Positions 44,801 to 52,627 of a DNA stretch of 55,085 bases are shown piece after piece. Every line of letters begins with the position of its first letter. Within the stretch, counting starts at the first letter, position 1. The notes beneath the pieces were generated by a model. That model was not told the origin of the DNA, searched no databases, and worked only from the letters and a program-made list of their open reading frames with translations. This stretch comes from an uncultured Candidatus Bathyarchaeia archaeon (lineage in GTDB: Archaea > Thermoproteota > Bathyarchaeia > Bathyarchaeales > DTEX01): positions 1-55,085 of the forward strand of contig CAZEGS010000002.1 in assembly GCA_964512445.1 (NCBI GenBank), in the 5' to 3' direction. Position numbers and translations under genes: made by a program.

Positions 44801-45204
44801 ACCGAATTTTTTGAGACCCAGGTGCGCCACCTCTCTGGAACATAATCGATGCCTGGAGTCTTCTTATCGTCATATGCAACGTAGATTAGGTATGATCCTT
44901 CCCTGTTAACGGATAAATAGAATCTTCCTGAGGAGTCTGTTTTCGCAGTCTTCACTATGAATTGTCGATTGAAATCGAGTAGAGTTACGTTAGCTCCGCT
45001 GATGGGATTTCCATCCTGATCGGTGACAACTCCGGTTACTCCAGTATTCTCTTGAGCCTGAACATCCACTATGAAAGCTTTAGAAATGAGGAGAGAGAAC
45101 AAAAGGAGAAGTGCAAGGTTGCATGTGCCTATTTTGAGTCTTGCAATGGGGAATTCTGCATGTTTCATAAGGGACATCTTTATCATTCTTTCTGTAGCCT
45201 GCAA
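41839..45204 (-). CDS. Giant membrane protein: signal peptide, carboxypeptidase-regulatory-like Ig domain and ectodomain, 3 TM, MacB/FtsX permease module, ~270-aa cytoplasmic C-terminal region
   Basis: 1,121 aa. GVVTDQDGNPISGANVTLLD...TDSSGRFYL (CarboxypepD_reg-like). IRNLRRRKMRTLLNLISVMVLIFGFI (FtsX TM1, ~43796..43840). PCD-like LGVIGIIPSREARFIGLDRV...VGDKLYGFGQEFIIRGFFD. VVERDDEIFTLSSVGLNPTHIAALFIAEASIIGFIGGGLGYLLG (~42886..42940). The true start may be one of the internal Met codons at 45183, 45174 or 45165. Confidence 0.75.
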   Translation of the reverse strand: MQATERMIKMSLMKHAEFPIARLKIGTCNLALLLLFSLLISKAFIVDVQAQENTGVTGVVTDQDGNPISGANVTLLDFNRQFIVKTAKTDSSGRFYLSVNREGSYLIYVAYDDKKTPGIDYVPERWRTWVSKNSVSSHQFILKRGASIHIDGDARHVETNKVAVKYQFIVLEPKNEEKDQWTGPVREYGGTSYIVRFLGFDERLIIIPADTEVKIQVTASFPAGLSQKFILTGKTGHFKLPQGESLHIDIREYSILSNIEYVKGILASCFTLLDNCQTAGFLVETERRDLSNAYEAIEESAFLLKKGLFDQSFAKVRSSYILATRAENMLRGLLESSSQALFPLLLLLLFVAFASAHLIMEKSIYLEITSGNRGFSISATSIVEAALFFLLFTIFYFVFPASRLVSQTVYVSLALTIFLVGKIIIYVFSRLAREKRSEDRPIQLKSAVAIAFSMGIRNLRRRKMRTLLNLISVMVLIFGFITLTSISPGYGLVKRSIRSVLPVDALLIKDMPFDGYIGSFIPLPDSFIDWLESQENVTLVSPKAVNNPVSFENPLGYLYSTSGERISILGVIGIIPSREARFIGLDRVTQGFLEDDDSKGILVSSSLRERLKVNVGDKLYGFGQEFIIRGFFDGESLSKIIDIDDQAYLPYYHLPSPPYIAPCPADNVIILTYEKALALPKVYTSRVVVQLSKDENYESLAQLIVLTYAYKVFISHPGSAAMYSLSEYFEERGTELVFPLMALVMLNIGLSMFATVVERDDEIFTLSSVGLNPTHIAALFIAEASIIGFIGGGLGYLLGISGYHFASIAGIQVREKVSAEWGIISILFSVLTAIVASLIPASRSSTVITPSLLRKWSVKKVDRPREVNEPWIFDLPIRLIAKEIEPFTSFIVRRLQKDESEYVRRVGGVKLVEEPPEKGALKKISFDYYLVEKAGRTRSDIIIQEGEEGYQLKLIVRIVESSSAYHKVLVQTTVAYVRKIILEWSAATCEVLATFDPYLSRFYNLVNAYSPTTLYIISAEPDVQDKIDEFRESLISRGIRPPKFAVSHVDIGNLERTTEIIKDLVSRADIVCISGEDAFLCSALAIEAAKQNKIICHVIDDRTAEERMKNPFKDLKVTRLS

Positions 45205-45425
45205 TATGATATCTTATTCCAAACCTCTTCAATAGTTTTTCTTAATGAATGGAGTATTTTTGAAGATAAAAGTTTAAGCTTCTTCAAGGTTTTTGCTGCG
45301 GAGACCTCTTGTCTGAATGATCCCGGGGTTAAATCTGTATCTTCCATATTAGAGCGGAATAGACGTTGCAATTTCAGGATTTATGACTCTGGAAAAGAAA
45401 TTAAGGTGTAATGCTGCAAGTTTGA

Positions 45426-46238
45426 TTGGAGAGATTAGAGATGAGAAAGGTTATGTTGGATGAGATGACTTGGCGTGAAGTTGCGGAGCGCCTTAAAGAA
45501 TGCGATGTGGCTTTTATTCCGACAGGAACTTTAGAGGGACATGGGCCTATACCGCTTGGATGCGATTCCTATATTGCCACTGCTGTTGCAAAGATTATGG
45601 CTGAAAAATCTGGGGGCATAGTGCTTCCTCCGCTCATGTATAACTTCACTGGTGCTACATCGAGATTTCTAGGCACAGTGCCAGTCAGCTTCGATTCGCA
45701 GATATCTATGCTGAAAGATATAGTTCGGTCTCTATGGAGACAGGGCTTTAGGAGAATAATCATCGTAAGCATTCATGGACCGAACTTCATACCTATCGGG
45801 AAGGTTGTAAGGGAGCTCTTTGAGGAGGAGAGGATTCCAGTTGTCTATCTAAATCCGTTTCAGAGGGCTTTCAAAATAGTCCGTGAGATGGGATTGGATG
45901 TTGATGAGGCTTGGTTGGAGGCTACACTCGCCTTCGGATCGATGAAGATTATAGGTAAGGAACATGCCATACCTGACTTGAAGAATCTTAAGGATAGGTA
46001 TGCTGAAAAGGAGGGGAAGGATCTTCCCGAATTCTTAAAGGAGATTCAGAGATACGGCATGGTGGGATATCATTTCAGCCATGAGCTTCAACACCAGCCT
46101 CCTAGGAGCGGGCTTGATCCGGAGATCGGCGTGGATCTGCTGGAGAGGATCGCTATGGATCTTCTTCCGGTTATTGACCATCTTAAGAGATACGTCGATT
46201 ATGTCAGCGAGCCGTTCAGCTTCTTGGAGCCCGACTAA
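45426..46238 (+). CDS. Creatininase-family amidohydrolase
   Basis: EMTWREVAERLKECDVAFIPTGTLEGHGPIPLGCD is the family N-terminal motif. The likely start is the ATG at 45441. Confidence 0.85.
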   Translation: MERLEMRKVMLDEMTWREVAERLKECDVAFIPTGTLEGHGPIPLGCDSYIATAVAKIMAEKSGGIVLPPLMYNFTGATSRFLGTVPVSFDSQISMLKDIVRSLWRQGFRRIIIVSIHGPNFIPIGKVVRELFEEERIPVVYLNPFQRAFKIVREMGLDVDEAWLEATLAFGSMKIIGKEHAIPDLKNLKDRYAEKEGKDLPEFLKEIQRYGMVGYHFSHELQHQPPRSGLDPEIGVDLLERIAMDLLPVIDHLKRYVDYVSEPFSFLEPD

Positions 46239-46263
46239 AAGCGGGTAAATGCGTAGCTAAATT

Positions 46264-47298
46264 TTAGTTATTGCGATGCCTCGCCAGTTTAACGGCTACC
46301 TGTATAGCTTCGATTAGGCTCTGAGGATTAGCTGTTCCCTCTCTTCTTCCGGCTTTTCCATATGCGGTTCCATGATCAACCGAGGTTCTTATGATGGGTA
46401 GCCCTATCGTTATATTCACTCCTCCAACAGATTTCCATCTCTTCTCAGCCTCGTCCCATTCTAATCCGAGGAGCTTTATCGGTATATGTCCCTGATCATG
46501 ATACATTGCTACCACCACGTCGAACTCTCCTCCTCGAGCTCTTACAAAGACCGTGTCTGGAGGTATTGGGCCGGAAACGTTGTATCCTTCCCTCCTCGCC
46601 AGTTTAATCGCTGGGATTATTTCATCGATCTCTTCTCTGCCGAAGAGTCCTCCCTCGCCGCAGTGAGGATTTAACCCTGCAACTGCTATTCTGGGATCTT
46701 GAATTCCAAGTCTCCGCATAGCGTCATATGCCAGTTTTATTGTTCTGTAGACTCTTTCTTTCGTGATTAGATTGGGAACCTCGCTTAGCGAGACATGCGT
46801 GGTTACGTGTATTACTCTTAGGGGCCCCGCAATCAGCATCATGGCATAATCTTTCGTGTGGGTTAAGTGTGCGAGAAGTTCGGTGTGCCCCGCATATTCA
46901 TAGCCAGCCATATTTATTGCTTCTTTGCTTATCGGCGCCGTTGTGATGGCTTGGATCTCCCCCTTTAATGCCAGCTCAACGGCCTTTTCTATATATTCAA
47001 CTGAAGCCTTTCCAGCCATTGCTTGAGGCTTACCCATCACAAGCTCATCGAGATTTATATTTTTAAGATCTAGAACATCTATCGTTCCATGTTTGAATTG
47101 AGCTTCAGATATCTTTTCAATCGGGTTTATCTTCAAATGAACCTTTGCAACTTTTATTCCCTCCCTCATCGCGTCGGCATCGCCTATCACGAGAGGCCGG
47201 CAGATCTCGTAGATCCTCTTCAGGGAGAGAGCCTTAGCTATGATCTCAGGGCCGATTCCAGCAGCGTCACCCATAGTTATTCCTATCGTCGGCTTCAT
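46264..47298 (-). CDS. PdxA-family NAD-dependent 4-hydroxy-acid-phosphate dehydrogenase (PdxA/PdxA2-like)
   Basis: 344 aa. IGITMGDAAGIGPEII, YAGHTELLA, and SVDHGTAYGKAG. Confidence 0.85.
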   Translation of the reverse strand: MKPTIGITMGDAAGIGPEIIAKALSLKRIYEICRPLVIGDADAMREGIKVAKVHLKINPIEKISEAQFKHGTIDVLDLKNINLDELVMGKPQAMAGKASVEYIEKAVELALKGEIQAITTAPISKEAINMAGYEYAGHTELLAHLTHTKDYAMMLIAGPLRVIHVTTHVSLSEVPNLITKERVYRTIKLAYDAMRRLGIQDPRIAVAGLNPHCGEGGLFGREEIDEIIPAIKLARREGYNVSGPIPPDTVFVRARGGEFDVVVAMYHDQGHIPIKLLGLEWDEAEKRWKSVGGVNITIGLPIIRTSVDHGTAYGKAGRREGTANPQSLIEAIQVAVKLARHRNN

Positions 47299-47399
47299 CC
47301 CTAATCAACAGGTCCCTTTATGAACTATGCTATTTAGATGTTCCATCTTGAAAATGCATGATGTATGCTCGGATGATCCGGCGGGCTACCCTTAAATTT

Positions 47400-48392
47400 T
47401 TATAGTTTAATTGGATGTCCAGTCTCGGATGATTCTCTAGCTTTAAGAACTATCTCTGTCACTCTGAAGCAGTCTTCCGCTGAGACTTCGCATCTTTCAA
47501 ATCCCCTTATCGCGTTAACGAAGTTTAAGAATTCATCCACAGGCGGATCTAAAGATAATTCTTCCTCTTCTTTCTGGTGTGTTATCAGCCGCACCTTCGA
47601 GCCCTGCTCGAATGTTTCGATTACACCTTGATTTCCCGCTATTCTGAGGAGATCATCTCCGTGGGTTGGGGCTTTCAATGGTCTGCAATAGTCGAGGTGG
47701 ATGCATGCTGAGCCTCCATTATCCATCTTCAGTATCATGACCGCGTTATCTTCCATCTCATGAACTTCTGGATGGCCAACGTTTGATTGATACGCCATGA
47801 CCTCTGCGAATTCCCTTCCCGTACACCATCTTATCAGGTCGACGGCGTGGATTCCTATGAATGCGATTGTTGAACTGAAGGTTTCGTGACTCTGCTGCCA
47901 TTTCGGTCTCTCCCCAAGCTTATAGGATTTCTGGGCGTTTGCGAGACAGACTTCGCCTATGACTCCGGATCTCACAGTCTCCCTTATTTTTCGATATGAT
48001 GGCTGGAAACGCATTGTTAGAAGCATCGATAGGGTAATACTGGACGATTTATATGCCTTCATAACCTCATGGAGCTGATTAAGCGTCATCGTTAAAGGCT
48101 TCTCGCTCAGCACGTGTATGCCTCTATCTATGCATTCCAGAAGAACTCGAGCTCTTTCTCCATCTGTTCCGGATACACATGCAATATCGATCTCTTCTTC
48201 CTCTAGAAGCTTAAAGATGTCTCTGTAGAACTTCGTATCCGACGTTACTGCCGGATGCTCTTTTAATCGCGCTAAAGCCTCCTCAGATTCGTCAGCCACT
48301 GCAGATAGTACAACATCCTCAATCTTCGGTATGCTGTTCAACACTACGCTTTGATGCCCTTTCAGCCCAAGTATTCCAACACGATAAACCAT
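47400..48392 (-). CDS. Gfo/Idh/MocA-family oxidoreductase
   Basis: 330 aa. VGILGLKGHQ Rossmann motif and LSEKPLT. Confidence 0.85.
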   Translation of the reverse strand: MVYRVGILGLKGHQSVVLNSIPKIEDVVLSAVADESEEALARLKEHPAVTSDTKFYRDIFKLLEEEEIDIACVSGTDGERARVLLECIDRGIHVLSEKPLTMTLNQLHEVMKAYKSSSITLSMLLTMRFQPSYRKIRETVRSGVIGEVCLANAQKSYKLGERPKWQQSHETFSSTIAFIGIHAVDLIRWCTGREFAEVMAYQSNVGHPEVHEMEDNAVMILKMDNGGSACIHLDYCRPLKAPTHGDDLLRIAGNQGVIETFEQGSKVRLITHQKEEEELSLDPPVDEFLNFVNAIRGFERCEVSAEDCFRVTEIVLKARESSETGHPIKL

Positions 48393-48467
48393 AGAGGCAC
48401 CCTACGCTAATAAGAAGAGGTTTATGCTGAATATTTCAATTTCGGATCTGACGCTGATCTTTTCCGA

Positions 48468-49706
48468 TTATAGCTTCATGCTAAAGAAGTTATAGTCCTT
48501 AAGGTTAAAGTATCCAGTTGAATATGCCCATTCCACTCCTATGTCTGAGTATAGCTTCCGCTGTTTAGCGGCTTCCTCGATTATCTCAACTATATTGTTT
48601 ATCAGGGTTGAGATTGAGCCTTCCTCTTTCTTCCTCGTTAAGTATCGATCTGGAATATCCTTGATTCTTCCAGCGGATTCATATGCGCCATTAAGGGTTA
48701 GAACGAATGGTCTAGTCAATTCTAATGGGCAGTTGAGTTCGCTATCCAATCCTCTCAGGTATCTAGCGGCATTTCTGAAGACCTCGATTCTCTCGTCTAA
48801 TCCGTCGTCTCTTATGATCTCCGTTTTTCCATTGTTATATTTGATGTATGCGTCTTGTCCTTTAGTCCATTTCGCGTTTCCCTTTGAGCCTACGATCTCA
48901 TGTATAGGCATATTGTTTGAGGGGCCGCATAGAGTAGCATAGAAAAAGACTTTAGCTCCATTCTCAACCTCGACTTCGAGGCATGATGTGTCTTCTCCCT
49001 CGATTTTATGAGCTCTATAAAGTTCCGCTCTGACCCTTATGGGATCTGCAGCCTTGCCCCACTCTAAACTTGCAAAGTATAAGCCATTCAATAGGTAATG
49101 CGATAGGGGATTGGAGACTGTTCCGTCTAAAACGTATTTTCCATCATGAATGAATTTTCCAGCCCATTTGTTCCTTTCGTAGTATGAGTCAAGTCTCTTC
49201 CATACGCCTCTAACAATTACCTCTTTTATCTCTCCAAGCTTGCCTTCACATATACGTCTTTTTAGAGTCTGAACGGTATTCTTAGATTGTGATTGAAATC
49301 CTACGGCGCAGAATCCGCGGGATTTCTTCTCAGCCTCGATCATCTCGTCGAGGTCTTGAATCGTTACAGCTGGAGGTTTCTCAACTATAACGTTGAAATC
49401 TGCCTTCAAAGCCTTTATCGTCATGTCTTTGTGTTGATGAATAGCGACGGGTAGCGTGACTATCTCGACCATGCCAGCCTCATCTTCAAGCATATCCTCA
49501 TAACTTCTATAGATTTTTACATCCTTCTCCTTGAGGCGGACTGCCTGATCCTTATACTTATCCAGATTCCTTATTACTACTGATGAGAGTCTACCTAAGC
49601 CTTCCTTCTCCAAGGTTTCAACGGCGCGTAGATGCATCTGCGCATATCCGCCTACACCAACAACTCCAAATGAGACCGGCTTCATCCGCGGCGATCCCCA
49701 ATGCAA
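48468..49706 (-). CDS. Gfo/Idh/MocA-family oxidoreductase
   Basis: FGVVGVGGYAQMH Rossmann motif and IVEKPPA. The likely start is the ATG at 49685 (MKPVSFG). Confidence 0.85.
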   Translation of the reverse strand: MHWGSPRMKPVSFGVVGVGGYAQMHLRAVETLEKEGLGRLSSVVIRNLDKYKDQAVRLKEKDVKIYRSYEDMLEDEAGMVEIVTLPVAIHQHKDMTIKALKADFNVIVEKPPAVTIQDLDEMIEAEKKSRGFCAVGFQSQSKNTVQTLKRRICEGKLGEIKEVIVRGVWKRLDSYYERNKWAGKFIHDGKYVLDGTVSNPLSHYLLNGLYFASLEWGKAADPIRVRAELYRAHKIEGEDTSCLEVEVENGAKVFFYATLCGPSNNMPIHEIVGSKGNAKWTKGQDAYIKYNNGKTEIIRDDGLDERIEVFRNAARYLRGLDSELNCPLELTRPFVLTLNGAYESAGRIKDIPDRYLTRKKEEGSISTLINNIVEIIEEAAKQRKLYSDIGVEWAYSTGYFNLKDYNFFSMKL

Positions 49707-49909
49707 ATCTTCAATTCAGACCTAATATCTTATTTCTTCAGCAGCAATAAATAATTGACTAGAGAAGTAAAACGTGCAGAGGCTTTATTATTTTGAAACC
49801 CGCTGATCAGCGCCAATAATCTTTGATATCAGGAGATTAGAAAAGTTTAATCAATAAAGAGCTATCTGAAGAAACACGGAAGGCAGAAGGGCTATGGACT
49901 CAACTAATT

Positions 49910-49954
49910 TTCTTTCTTGCACCGAGAAAAAATTTCTTTAAATAGTTTATATAG
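49910..49954 (+). repeat. Copy B of the ~45-nt intergenic element
   Basis: TTCTTTCTTGCACCGAGAAAAAATTTCTTTAAATAGTTTATATAG. Lies between the creatininase gene end (50019) and the oxidoreductase gene start (49706). Confidence 0.8.
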
Positions 49955-50018
49955 TCGAGTTTTTCCGCTTGAAGGATATCTTTCATTCCTTTATTTCTCG
50001 AAGAATCTACTGTATCGT

Positions 50019-50753
50019 TCACTTAACCTTTGTGATGAAGTCCTTAAGCAAGGATACTAGGCCCTTCACGGCTGCATCGATGAGCTTCTCGCCTTTCTCC
50101 GCTGTGGCTAGTGAAGGATCGCCAACATATCCATTTCCAGTAGTCTCATTCGTGTCTGTTATTAATCCTGTGAGATGCCAAGGTGCCTTCACGGCATGCG
50201 GGATCTCCTTCGATACTAGCTCCGGATAAATCGCGAGGGCAAGTGATGTTTCAAACTCGCATGCATGGCCCGGAATGATCTTTGTATCCAAAATCGCGTC
50301 TGACACTTCCTTAGGAATTAGGGACCAATATGATATGAAGACCATCTTTAAGCCGAGAGCGTCCCGAGCTCTCCTCGCAGCTAGGTATCCCGGAGCAACA
50401 TTTCCTCCGTGGCCATTCACGATAGCTATCTTATTGATGCCGTGATGTTTCAAGCTTTGACACAAGTCCAGTATGAGATTTATGAAGGTTTCATGTCGGA
50501 GCGTTAAGCTTCCAGGGTAACAGAGATGATGAGGGGAAACTCCTACGGCTATTGGAGGAGTAACTACGACTTCAGGATAAAGTATCTCTGCGGCTCTCTT
50601 GACGATGTGAAGAGTGTTTGCAATATCTACTTTTAATGGAAGATGAGGACCGTGCTGTTCCGTGCTTCCCGTAGGAATTACTGCAACCTTCACTGTCTCC
50701 AGCATATTTTTAAATTCTTCCCGAGTCATCTCGTCAATAAAAATCTTCTTCAC
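50019..50753 (-). CDS. Creatininase-family amidohydrolase (second paralogue)
   Basis: 244 aa. MTREEFKNMLETVKVAVIPTGSTEQHGPHLPLKVD. Confidence 0.85.
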   Translation of the reverse strand: MKKIFIDEMTREEFKNMLETVKVAVIPTGSTEQHGPHLPLKVDIANTLHIVKRAAEILYPEVVVTPPIAVGVSPHHLCYPGSLTLRHETFINLILDLCQSLKHHGINKIAIVNGHGGNVAPGYLAARRARDALGLKMVFISYWSLIPKEVSDAILDTKIIPGHACEFETSLALAIYPELVSKEIPHAVKAPWHLTGLITDTNETTGNGYVGDPSLATAEKGEKLIDAAVKGLVSLLKDFITKVK

Positions 50754-50836
50754 GGTTAAATCATCCCAGAGACCTTAGAAGACTCTATAGCAGGTAAGGC
50801 TTAAAAGTTTTTAGGCAGCACTTCAGAAGCGTCAAA

Positions 50837-51712
50837 TCATGCTTGAATAATCTCAGTAGCGATTCTAAGACATCTCTCTGCAAGATAATCAGGATCTCCT
50901 CTTTCCTGAATCTCCATCATGAAGACTCCCTTATAATTAGCCTCTCTGAGAGTTCTGATCACCAAGCCCCAATCTATGTTTCCATCACCGGGAGGTAAGT
51001 GTTGATCCCTGCTTCCATCATTATCATGAATGTGAAGGGTCCACAAGTATTCTCCGGCATCGATTATCTCATCACGTATACTGATGTCTGAAGAGGCCGC
51101 CTGCAGATTAGCATGGCCAGAATCGAAGCATATGCCCAGATACGGCGATCCTATATTCATTATAATTTCCTTAAGATCCGAAATTCTGCTTCCGAACCTT
51201 TCCCCTCCCACATTAATCATGTTTTCAATAGCAATCTTCACTCCGAGATCCTCAGCCTTCTTAACGACGATCCTTAAATTCTCAATAGAGTTCTTCTTCA
51301 TGACTTCGCGGCCTAACGAGATGCTGTCAGAATGATTTGGATGGACAACCAGTATTGGACAATCTATAGCTCTGCAATACTCTAATGTTTTTACGAGAAG
51401 ATCTATGCTTCGATTTTTGATATCAACGTTCTGTGCGGATAAGTCAACTCCATCTATAGGAGCATGCGCAGAGTTTGGATGTAAACCGAGATCATTCAGG
51501 AGATTCTTTAGGCTAGAAAGTTCTGAACGTGGAAAAACCCTAGGATCCAAATGCGTCTTATCCGCGTTTATCTCCACCTCTGTAAAACCTGCATTTCTAA
51601 TATGTTTCAATGCTGATTTCAAAGGAAGACTGGCAAAAGACCAGGTGTGAAATCCTATCTTCCATCTTCCAGTTTGAAGGTTCCTCTCCATACAATGTCC
51701 TCCGCATATCAC
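50837..51712 (-). CDS. Sugar phosphate isomerase/epimerase (xylose isomerase-like TIM barrel)
   Basis: 291 aa. Pattern VEINA...AHAP...VVHP...IAIEN...CFDSGHA...HIHDN is typical of the AP endonuclease 2 / xylose-isomerase-like fold. The start is possibly at MERNL (51691). Confidence 0.8.
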   Translation of the reverse strand: MICGGHCMERNLQTGRWKIGFHTWSFASLPLKSALKHIRNAGFTEVEINADKTHLDPRVFPRSELSSLKNLLNDLGLHPNSAHAPIDGVDLSAQNVDIKNRSIDLLVKTLEYCRAIDCPILVVHPNHSDSISLGREVMKKNSIENLRIVVKKAEDLGVKIAIENMINVGGERFGSRISDLKEIIMNIGSPYLGICFDSGHANLQAASSDISIRDEIIDAGEYLWTLHIHDNDGSRDQHLPPGDGNIDWGLVIRTLREANYKGVFMMEIQERGDPDYLAERCLRIATEIIQA

Positions 51713-51832
51713 ATTTGTGAAACAGAAGTGAAATCTATCCTTTAAAGTCTTTCTTCCAAGAATTTCAACGTATTCGTAAAAGAAGCCTCTTTATTTTTTC
51801 AGAATGATAATTCCCATATTACAGCTGGATTC

Positions 51833-52495
51833 TCAAGAAGAATCAGAGCTTTTGGATTTTTCATTGTCTCTCTCTTCCAGGGGCAGAATTTTTTCCCAGT
51901 CTATTCTAATCATCAGAATTAGAATAACGATCAAGAGTATTGTGGAAACTATGATGCTTACGTAGCCGCCTTCTCCGCCCATGAGATCCTTTATAACCTC
52001 CGCGGATAGATATCCACCATAAGCCAAGATCAGACACATAAGGATCTTCCCGGCGAGGCTTGGTATAAACGCCTTTACAAAGGGGTACCGCATAACGCCT
52101 AAAGGTATGAATAGAAGATCGTCTGGAAGAGGAGTTAAGGCGAAGAGGAATATGGCGAGAGATCCATAACGGCTAAAGAATCTCGTAACATAATCTAATT
52201 TTCTCTGTCTCTCCTCACTTAAAACGGCTCTGCCGTAATATCCTAGGAAGTATCCGAAGAACTCTCCCAGGGCTGATCCGGCTCCTCCAGAGATCGCGAT
52301 TAAAAATGGATCGAAGATTCCTAGAGATCCAATATAAAAGATAACGATTGTGTATGGTATAGGGAAGACTATTGAAGCAGCCCCTATAAAGCTTAGAGCG
52401 AAGATTCCAAAATAGCCATATTGGAGAGCTAGGCTCTCAAGCCACCTGCTTAATTGCTGACTCCATTCCCCATTCTGCTGGATTTCCAGTATCAA
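51833..52495 (-). CDS. DedA/VTT family membrane protein (paralogue of 9250..9927)
   Basis: 220 aa. GYFGIFALSFIGAASIVFPIP and GGAGSALGEFFGYFLGYYG. Confidence 0.7.
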   Translation of the reverse strand: MILEIQQNGEWSQQLSRWLESLALQYGYFGIFALSFIGAASIVFPIPYTIVIFYIGSLGIFDPFLIAISGGAGSALGEFFGYFLGYYGRAVLSEERQRKLDYVTRFFSRYGSLAIFLFALTPLPDDLLFIPLGVMRYPFVKAFIPSLAGKILMCLILAYGGYLSAEVIKDLMGGEGGYVSIIVSTILLIVILILMIRIDWEKILPLEERDNEKSKSSDSS

Positions 52496-52627
52496 TCGGT
52501 TATCTAATCCTTCTTTAACTATTTAACAAAGTCAAATTTAATCAAAGCGCTTAAAAAGATTCTCTCCCCGCCTCAAGGAAGCCTTAAATCCCCTTCAATA
52601 TTATCTATTAATGGGATTTGAGACGCT

